NCBI GenBank assembly: GCA_046484135.1
Contig: JAWOBU010000153.1
Coordinates: 1-22,946, forward strand
Reading direction: 5' to 3'
From: a bacterium
GTDB lineage: Bacteria > RBG-13-61-14 > DATKZS01
Length of the DNA stretch: 22,946 nt
Shown here: positions 16,727-22,946 of the stretch, one piece after another
Layout of the letters: every line of letters begins with the position of its first letter
Numbering within the stretch: position 1 is the stretch's first letter
Notes under the pieces: generated by a model
Seen by the model: the letters and a program-made list of their open reading frames with translations, nothing else
The model's database searches: none
What the model was told of the DNA's origin: nothing
Position numbers and translations under genes: made by a program

Positions 16727-17247
16727 TACTTCGAGCCCACTTTGCCCGTTTTGCGCATCCAGGCCTTGACCAGCCTTTGAAGGCGGCGCCGGTCTTTCTG
16801 GGAGACATTGGTGAACACCACGGACATGCCGGAAAGGGAGGAGTCCTTTCTGGCTTTCTCCAGGTCGTTGGAATGGACAACGCGGGCCTCGAGCCGGAGC
16901 TTATCCTCCTGGTTCGGCAGCTCGATCTCCATCATGATATCGGAGTCCACCGGCGGAGGATGAGGACATTTAACGAACATCCCCATCTGGCTCAGGGTAT
17001 AGGAGGTGCATTTCTGCCTTCCTCCGTTGTACTCGAATATCACGGGCAAAGAGATGGGGGCCCGGTCGTATTTGCGCGTACTCTCCGCCTTTTCCCCGAA
17101 AAGGATCTCGTTGATCTTGAAAAGAACCTCGTCAGGGGTATGAGAGGAAAAAAGGTAATTCTGGAGGAAGAGGATAGGGTCTTTGCTGCGGGGGGTTCTG
17201 TAATCTGTCTTCCTGTTGCCGTTAGCCAGTGAATCGTCTTCGCTCAT
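16726..17247 (-). CDS. PilZ domain protein
   Basis: RxxxR (RKYDR), degenerate (D/N)xSxxG (TLSQMG), then ARVV and GMSVVF beta strands and a C-terminal helix. Confidence 0.8.
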   Translation of the reverse strand: MSEDDSLANGNRKTDYRTPRSKDPILFLQNYLFSSHTPDEVLFKINEILFGEKAESTRKYDRAPISLPVIFEYNGGRQKCTSYTLSQMGMFVKCPHPPPVDSDIMMEIELPNQEDKLRLEARVVHSNDLEKARKDSSLSGMSVVFTNVSQKDRRRLQRLVKAWMRKTGKVGSK

Positions 17248-17270
17248 GGTTTGCTCCCGGCTCTTGAGTT

Positions 17271-17298
17271 AGGAGGGGATTCTGCCCTCCTCTTTTTA
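17271..17298. terminator. Hairpin with T-tract (intrinsic-terminator-like on + strand; lies in the leader of the PilZ gene on - strand)
   Basis: AGGAGGG-GATTCTG-CCCTCCT (17271-17291) followed by CTTTTT. Confidence 0.4.
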
Positions 17299-17544
17299 AC
17301 ATAAGCCGCCAAGGGCTCCGAAAAAAATAATGCCTGATCTGCTTTTGCTTCGTTGAATATAATACCGGTTCAAAAAACAAAAATCAAGTTAAATTTAAAA
17401 AAACTCGTTGGATTAAACAGTTAGCCAAACGGCAAAACTTTTCTCCGCCCCGCCGATGAAATAACGATCCTCTAGTTCATCTCCGGCTCCGGCTCGTCTG
17501 TGAAGCGATTCCCTCTATAAAGGGGAACTTCGGGGCGTTTGTTC

Positions 17545-17573
17545 TTGACAAACATATGAAAGCAAACTAGCAT
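17545..17573 (+). promoter_or_regulatory. Sigma70 promoter of gspLMN
   Basis: TTGACA (17545-17550), 17 bp, TAGCAT (17568-17573), 31 bp before ATG 17605. Confidence 0.65.
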
Positions 17574-17604
17574 TGAGGTTGACGGAAAAAGGACATAAGA
17601 GGTA

Positions 17605-19233
17605 ATGGCAAAAGCTGTAATAGGACTGGATTTTTCCGGGAAAAAGTGGCAAATGGTGTCCGTGTCCGCGGCCCACAAAAAGCTCCGTATCCAGAGTTTT
17701 CCCCGAGTACCGCCCTCGCCGGCGGACCACAAGCGGCTGTTACAGGATATTGACGAAGACCCTTCCCTGGAAGACAGGATCGCCCGGTGGTCTTTCGATC
17801 TTCACCAGCAGGTGGGCCCCGACATCAGGCAGTCGGCCGCGGTGGTGGTGGGCATGCCCCAGGACCTGGTGAGCCTGCGGGTGCTCTCCTTCCCTTTTAA
17901 CCACACCGCCCGGATTGCCAAGACCCTGCCTTACGAGGCGGAAGGGGCCCTGCCTTTTGAAGCGGAAGACCTCATCTTCGACTTTTATCCTATCCATGAA
18001 AACAACGGCGAAACCAGGGTATTTTCCGCGGCCGCCCGCAAGACCCAGGTCTCCGCCCTCTTGGAACGCTTAAAGCCCCTTGATATTGACCCCATGATCC
18101 TGACTCCCACTGCCCTCGCCTATCATCAACTGGCGCGGCTGTGGTTTACGCCGGAAGAAATGCAGGAGCACCGCCTCCTGTTCGTCCAAATAGGGGACCA
18201 CTTCTGCCACGTGGCCGCGGTGGAGGGAGACAGGACCATATATGCCGGCTCGGTAAATATGGGGCTGTATCCCTTGCCTGCGGAGCCGGAGCACCAGGGG
18301 GACGAAGAAGGGGAAGCCGCGGAACAAGTAAAAGAGCCACCGGCTTACCGGCCCTCCGAAGAGGAACTCCACCACCATCAAGAAAAACTGGCCGATTATC
18401 TGAGCAGGTACCTGCAAAGGTTCGTTCATTTCCTGGAAGGCTATAACCCGGCGGGAGATACCTGCCCGCCTTCGGTGGCCCGGCTGTTTTTGCTGGGAGA
18501 AGGGGCCTCGTTGCCCGGCCTGGAAGAAAGGATTTCCAGCGAGACGGGCGTGGACACCGAGCGGTTCTCCATTCCGCCGGAAATCATATCCGAAGAGACC
18601 GAGATCAGCGAGGAGCGCCATCCCGAGCTGGCCCCCGCACTGGCACTGGCCTTGGAAAAGGTGAACCCGCCCTCCCAAACCGCGCTCAACTTCCGGAAAG
18701 AAGAGTTCGCCTACCAGCCCGAGCGGCAGGCCCTGAAGAGAAAAATCCTCATGCCCGGCGTGCTGGCCCTGATTTTTGTCCTGTTTTTCGCCGCCAAACT
18801 CATAACCGAGAACAGCATAGAAAAATCCAGGGCTTCCGCCATCCAGTCTTCCATGGTCTCCGAGTTCAAAAAGCACTTCCCCAACGCACCGGCCCAGGAC
18901 ATTAACAAAGAGATGGAAGAGAAGTTTAAAAGCCTGGAGGCGCTGGAGACCAAGTACGAAAAGCTGAGCTACCCTTTCGCCCTCGATTGCCTGGCCGCCC
19001 TATCCGAGGCCGTGCCCGCCTCTACTCCGGTAACCATCACCAAGCTCGATTACCACGGCGAAAAGCTCGTGTTGATGGCCGAGACCAAGACCTTTGAACA
19101 GGCCAACGAAATCACCAAGAAGCTCCAGCAAGTACCTTTCTTTGACAAGGTGAGCCTGGGGGACATGGACCAGAAGCGGGAAAAAGTCAGCTTCCGCATC
19201 AGCATTGATTTAAAGCAGGAGACCGCATCATGA
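17605..19233 (+). CDS. gspL: Type II secretion system protein GspL (PilM-like cytoplasmic domain, TM, PilN-like periplasmic domain)
   Basis: VIGLD start, R.LSFPF, LPYEAE..LPF...DLIFDF, actin-like LLGEGASLPGL, LNFRKEEF before the single TM, and a PilN-type C-terminus. ATGA overlap with the next gene. Confidence 0.8.
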   Translation: MAKAVIGLDFSGKKWQMVSVSAAHKKLRIQSFPRVPPSPADHKRLLQDIDEDPSLEDRIARWSFDLHQQVGPDIRQSAAVVVGMPQDLVSLRVLSFPFNHTARIAKTLPYEAEGALPFEAEDLIFDFYPIHENNGETRVFSAAARKTQVSALLERLKPLDIDPMILTPTALAYHQLARLWFTPEEMQEHRLLFVQIGDHFCHVAAVEGDRTIYAGSVNMGLYPLPAEPEHQGDEEGEAAEQVKEPPAYRPSEEELHHHQEKLADYLSRYLQRFVHFLEGYNPAGDTCPPSVARLFLLGEGASLPGLEERISSETGVDTERFSIPPEIISEETEISEERHPELAPALALALEKVNPPSQTALNFRKEEFAYQPERQALKRKILMPGVLALIFVLFFAAKLITENSIEKSRASAIQSSMVSEFKKHFPNAPAQDINKEMEEKFKSLEALETKYEKLSYPFALDCLAALSEAVPASTPVTITKLDYHGEKLVLMAETKTFEQANEITKKLQQVPFFDKVSLGDMDQKREKVSFRISIDLKQETAS

Positions 19234-19778
19234 CCCGCAAGATGGAAAAACGGGAGAAGATACTGCTGGCGGGCGCCGTGTCCATGCTGCTCGTGTTTAT
19301 GCTTTTCTTCCTTTTCAGGGGAGGTGGTGAAGCTTCCTCGGACCAGGACCCCGCCGAGCTCATGATGAAAAAAGAAATGCTGAGAAGCCGGATAAAAAAG
19401 TATGAAAAAACCAAGGCCAAAATTGACAGGTTCGACAAGAAAATCCGCAGGACCCCTGAAAATTACGACCTCATCGGGCAGATGAGCAAAACCTGTAAAG
19501 AGCTGGGACTGACGCTGGAAAACATTGCTCCTCACGAGTCAGGAAGCGAGAGCGACCCCTACAACGAAAAGTCCGTCACCATGAACCTGGATGACCTGAC
19601 CCTCCTAGACCTGGTAAACCTGCTGAAAGAAATCGAAAGCTCCCCCGCCTTCCTGAAAGTTACCCGCATGAACGTAAAAAGAAAGACCTTCAGCGAAGAT
19701 TCCCTTCTGAACGTCAGGATAAGGGTCGCCGTCTACTGGCCTAAACCGGAGGGGCAAACCGGGGACAAAGCACTATAA
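19230..19778 (+). CDS. gspM: Type II secretion system protein GspM / PilO-like
   Basis: REK.LL then TM, coiled coil, and ferredoxin-like C-domain (E.SV...L..LTL.DLV.LL.EIE); coupled to gspL. Confidence 0.72.
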   Translation: MTRKMEKREKILLAGAVSMLLVFMLFFLFRGGGEASSDQDPAELMMKKEMLRSRIKKYEKTKAKIDRFDKKIRRTPENYDLIGQMSKTCKELGLTLENIAPHESGSESDPYNEKSVTMNLDDLTLLDLVNLLKEIESSPAFLKVTRMNVKRKTFSEDSLLNVRIRVAVYWPKPEGQTGDKAL

Positions 19779-19779
19779 G

Positions 19780-20679
19780 ATGCAGGACAAAAGAAAAAAC
19801 TTGCTGAAAGTCGCGGGATACTTGGCCTTCTTCCTGGCTGCCCTCCTTTTCTCCGCCGTCCTTACCTTTGACGCCGGCAAACTGAAGCCCCTTCTAAAAA
19901 CCCGGGCCCGACAGAACAACCTGGAGGTCAGGATAAACGACATATCCGTAAACCCCCTGATCGGCTTTGACTTCCACCAAGTAAGAATCATGCCCCTCCA
20001 CACCGCGGAAAACAAGCAAAGCGGCTCCGTGAAAATAAAAAGCCTGAGCCTGGAAATCCCTCCTGCCAAGATCCCCGGCATAATCCTGTCTACACTCTTC
20101 GGCAGCCGTCCCTCCATCGCCGTGGACTTTGAAGGAAAGGTGGATAAAGGAAACATTAAAGGAAGCCTGGAACAGACCGCGTCATCTCTGTTCCTGGAAG
20201 TGGAAACAAGAAAAGTCCCCATGGAAAAACTCGACCTGGCCGGTTATTACGTAAGCGGCATGAAGATAACCGGCGAGCTGAACGGAAACGTGAACCTCGA
20301 TTTAAAAGACCTGAAAAACCCGGCGACCTGGGAGGGAAACATAATGGCCACCATAGACCAGCCGGCTTTCTCCGACTTCAAGTACGCTGATTACACCATC
20401 GCCGGCGTGAGCATGAGCCAGGGCATGCTGAGCGCAAAGCTCGCCGGAAAAAAAGTGAACATCGAAAAGATAAAGCTCGAAGGAGAAGACCTGCCTGTAG
20501 ACCTTACCGGCACCGTATCGCTTCGAAAACCTTTAAACAGGTCCATGATTGACCTGAAAGGCAAAGTGAATTACAGCAAGAGCTACCAGGAGAGGATGCC
20601 GCTCATAAAGGCCTTCATACCTTCAACCGACAACTACCATTATCACGAGTCACTGGGGACTCTTATCCCCGGCTTGTAA
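19780..20679 (+). CDS. gspN: Type II secretion system protein GspN-like (N-terminal anchor, beta-rich AsmA-like body)
   Basis: N-terminal TM ending in LTF, beta-strand-rich periplasmic part, position directly after gspM (1-bp gap). Confidence 0.68.
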   Translation: MQDKRKNLLKVAGYLAFFLAALLFSAVLTFDAGKLKPLLKTRARQNNLEVRINDISVNPLIGFDFHQVRIMPLHTAENKQSGSVKIKSLSLEIPPAKIPGIILSTLFGSRPSIAVDFEGKVDKGNIKGSLEQTASSLFLEVETRKVPMEKLDLAGYYVSGMKITGELNGNVNLDLKDLKNPATWEGNIMATIDQPAFSDFKYADYTIAGVSMSQGMLSAKLAGKKVNIEKIKLEGEDLPVDLTGTVSLRKPLNRSMIDLKGKVNYSKSYQERMPLIKAFIPSTDNYHYHESLGTLIPGL

Positions 20680-20715
20680 GGGAGGCCAATTAAAAAGCCG
20701 CCAACGGGAATTGCA

Positions 20716-21450
20716 ATGAAAAGTCTCTTTAAACTGCCCTCCCTGTGCCTGGTCATGATCCTCGCTGTGCTTCAGGCTTCCTGCCCTCCCAAAGATGAAG
20801 CGCCCTCTGCAGCAAAAAAGGAAAGGCCGAAGGGCCGGGAAAAAGCCGTCCGGTTCTCCCACCCCAAGCTGGAGACACAAATTCGCCGCAAGCTCGGCAA
20901 GCCCGAAGGACCCCTTATGAACACCGAGCTTACCGCCATAAAAGAGCTCGACCTCTCCGGCAAAAACATTACGGAGCTCAACGGGCTGGAGCACTGCACG
21001 AGACTTGCCCGCCTGGACCTGGGTTCCAACTACCTGAGGGACATCTCTCCCCTGGCCGGGCTGACAAACCTGGTTCTTCTCAACCTGGAGGAAAATTACA
21101 TCGCGGACCTTGCCCCCCTCTCCGGACTTGTAAAGCTCGAAGAGCTGAACCTGCGCTCCAACCGCATCCGGGACATATCCCCTCTTAAAGACCTCCATAA
21201 CCTGCGCATCCTCAACCTTGCCGGGAACCAGGTGAAAGACCTTTCTCCCCTCGCCCGGCTCCACCAGCTCCATCGGCTCGACCTCGCCGGAAACAACATC
21301 AATGATCTGTCCGGCCTGGTCCGGAACTGCGAAGCCGGAGGCATCTCCAAAAACGACACAGTGGTCCTTACCGGAAACCCGATGGGACCGAACGCCCGCC
21401 TGAGACAAATCCCCGCCTTGCAGGAATGCGGCGCCGAAGTCATCTACTGA
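20716..21450 (+). CDS. Leucine-rich repeat (internalin-like) putative lipoprotein
   Basis: Hydrophobic signal ending QAS-C23; N-cap FSHPKLE..IR..LGKP.G; six 22-aa LRRs (L..L.L..N.I.DLSPL); C-cap L.GNP...IPAL...G.EV. Confidence 0.9.
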   Translation: MKSLFKLPSLCLVMILAVLQASCPPKDEAPSAAKKERPKGREKAVRFSHPKLETQIRRKLGKPEGPLMNTELTAIKELDLSGKNITELNGLEHCTRLARLDLGSNYLRDISPLAGLTNLVLLNLEENYIADLAPLSGLVKLEELNLRSNRIRDISPLKDLHNLRILNLAGNQVKDLSPLARLHQLHRLDLAGNNINDLSGLVRNCEAGGISKNDTVVLTGNPMGPNARLRQIPALQECGAEVIY

Positions 21451-21540
21451 ACCCGCCACCAGTCTAATAACCGTGCTCTCGCTTGACAGCCGGCTTTCCC
21501 TGTTTAAAAATTCCGGTGAACCCGCGAAGGAGGACACCTG

Positions 21541-22380
21541 ATGAAAAACGAACTTACCGAGAAGCTGGGGATCAAGTACCCGGTGGTTCAGGGCGGCATG
21601 ATGGAGATATCCCGTTCCCCCCTAGTGGCCGCGGTGTCCAACGCCGGCGGCCTCGGGACCCTGGGCCAGCGCATGGAGCTTTCGGCATGGCAGGAAGAAG
21701 TGAAAAAGACCAAGGAGCTTACCGACAAGCCCTTCTCCGTTAATCTTCCTCTTCATATGTCCGACCTGGAGCAGAGGCTCGAGGTGATACTGGATGAAGG
21801 GGTCAAGGTGGTCACCACTGCCGCGGGAAACCCCGCCCGGGTCATGGAGACCTTGAAAGAAGCCGGCATAACCGTGCTCCACGTGGTGGGGACCGCGGCC
21901 CAGGCGGAAAAGGTCGAGAAAGCGGGAGTGGACGTTATAGTGGCGGAAGGCGGAGAAAGCGGCGGCATGGTTGGCAAGGACCGGGTCGCCACCATGGTGC
22001 TGGTGCCGGAGGTTGCAGGCCGGGTCAAGGTGCCGGTGGTGGCGGCCGGCGGTATTTGCGATGCCAGGGGACTGGTGGCCGCGCTGGCCCTGGGCGCCGG
22101 GGGCGTACAGGTCGGCACCGGCTTCCTGGTCGCCAAGGAATGCGACGCAAGCGAACAGTGGAAACAGGCCGTATGCAAAGCAAAAGACACCGACACCCAG
22201 GTGGTGCCCCGCGGCTCCGCCCAGGGAAGAGTGCTCAAAGACGAGATCATGAAAGGAGCCATGGCCGGGATCGTCTCCGGCATGATAGACGAACAAAAGA
22301 GCGCCCGGCAGATCGTGGAAGCAATAACCGGCCCGGCTTACCAGGTGCTCGACAACGTAACCGGACAGTTGAAAGAGTAA
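21541..22380 (+). CDS. FabK/nitronate monooxygenase family FMN-dependent oxidoreductase (atypical active site)
   Basis: LGIKYPVVQGGM, LVAAVSNAGGLG, TDKPFSVN, AGNP, AEGGESGG, PVVAAGGICDARG, LGAGGVQVGTGF, MAG. RBS AGGAGG. Confidence 0.9.
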   Translation: MKNELTEKLGIKYPVVQGGMMEISRSPLVAAVSNAGGLGTLGQRMELSAWQEEVKKTKELTDKPFSVNLPLHMSDLEQRLEVILDEGVKVVTTAAGNPARVMETLKEAGITVLHVVGTAAQAEKVEKAGVDVIVAEGGESGGMVGKDRVATMVLVPEVAGRVKVPVVAAGGICDARGLVAALALGAGGVQVGTGFLVAKECDASEQWKQAVCKAKDTDTQVVPRGSAQGRVLKDEIMKGAMAGIVSGMIDEQKSARQIVEAITGPAYQVLDNVTGQLKE

Positions 22381-22472
22381 AGCCGGAGCCGACCGCACCG
22401 GTCTGACAGGGGAGAGAGCACGGATATCGGGCGTGCGGGTTTACCGGTGACTTGAAGTCGCTCCCGCTTTCA

Positions 22473-22946
22473 TCAACCGGGCCAGAAAGCTCCGATCATG
22501 GTGTAAACAAGGGATGCCGCCAGAAAGTCGGCGTGATGGAGACCCGGGATGGGCGCAAGCTCCATGAGGTCCAGGCCCACCACTTCTTTTCCCGAATCCT
22601 TGAGGGCTATCACCAGGTCAATCACCTGGTGATAGCTAAGGCCGCCCGGCTCGGGTGTGCCGGTGGCCGGCATCTCCGAGGGGTCGAGCACGTCCACGTC
22701 AAAAGTGATATATACGTGGCTGGAAAGACTCCCAACCACGGCGGCGGTCCAGTCTCCATCCGACCGGATGCGGCGCGCTGATATGACCTCCCGGTCGTGC
22801 GCGGAAAGCCATTCCTTCTCCTCCGGCGACATGCTCCGGACCCCCGCCTGCACGAAACCGGCTCCCAGGTCGTAAACCCTCCGCATCACGCAGGCGTGCG
22901 AGAACTTCGTGCCGGTGTACTCGTCCCTGAGGTCGGCGTGGGCGTC
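22473..22946 (-). CDS. speB: Agmatinase (ureohydrolase family), 3' part; 5' end outside the window
   Basis: The frame is open to the window edge and reads DAHADLRDEYTGTKFSHACVMRR, then GVRS, YITFDVDVLDPSEMPATGTPEPGG and DLMELAP. Confidence 0.92.
   Translation of the reverse strand, partial: DAHADLRDEYTGTKFSHACVMRRVYDLGAGFVQAGVRSMSPEEKEWLSAHDREVISARRIRSDGDWTAAVVGSLSSHVYITFDVDVLDPSEMPATGTPEPGGLSYHQVIDLVIALKDSGKEVVGLDLMELAPIPGLHHADFLAASLVYTMIGAFWPG

Noticed and set aside
17405..17450. Sigma54 promoter or c-di-GMP-I riboswitch near GGCAAAAC
   Set aside because: GG-N10 is followed by CT rather than GC, and the GAAA loop and GCAAAG elements of the riboswitch are absent; only a weak IHF-like match remains.
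21483..21511. Sigma70 promoter for the FabK-like gene
   Set aside because: TTGACA is present but no good TAnnnT at 16-18 bp spacing, so it was not called.

Overview
Bacterial chromosomal window of moderately high GC. Gene content (sigma54 response regulator, TPR-AMIN amidase, PilM/PilN-type GspL with GspM and GspN, PilZ protein) looks Deltaproteobacteria-like (Desulfobacterota/Myxococcota-like); this is inference, not a taxonomic assignment. Left part (1-6884) is housekeeping and envelope genes: an orphan NtrC-family regulator, sppA, trmFO and an N-acetylmuramoyl-L-alanine amidase. Middle part (7166-15641) is a patchwork of catabolic genes: a UroD/MtaA-fold methyltransferase-like protein, a duplicated SCP2 lipid-binding protein, a secreted type-B carboxylesterase, a non-pyrrolysine MttB methyltransferase, a secreted endoglycoceramidase-like GH5 and an enolase-superfamily enzyme. 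The spacers between 6885 and 9661 carry several REP/REPIN-like hairpin repeats. Right part (15766-22946) has a TPR lipoprotein, a translationally coupled pilZ-yraN pair, a stand-alone gspLMN operon followed by an LRR lipoprotein, a FabK/nitronate-monooxygenase-like flavoprotein lacking the catalytic His, and a partial agmatinase. I saw no rRNA, tRNA, CRISPR array, transposase, integrase or defence system. No single unmistakable new system stands out. The best leads are a possible lipid-scavenging/quaternary-amine demethylation module, a REP family with a compensatory base-pair change, and the His-less FabK-like protein.
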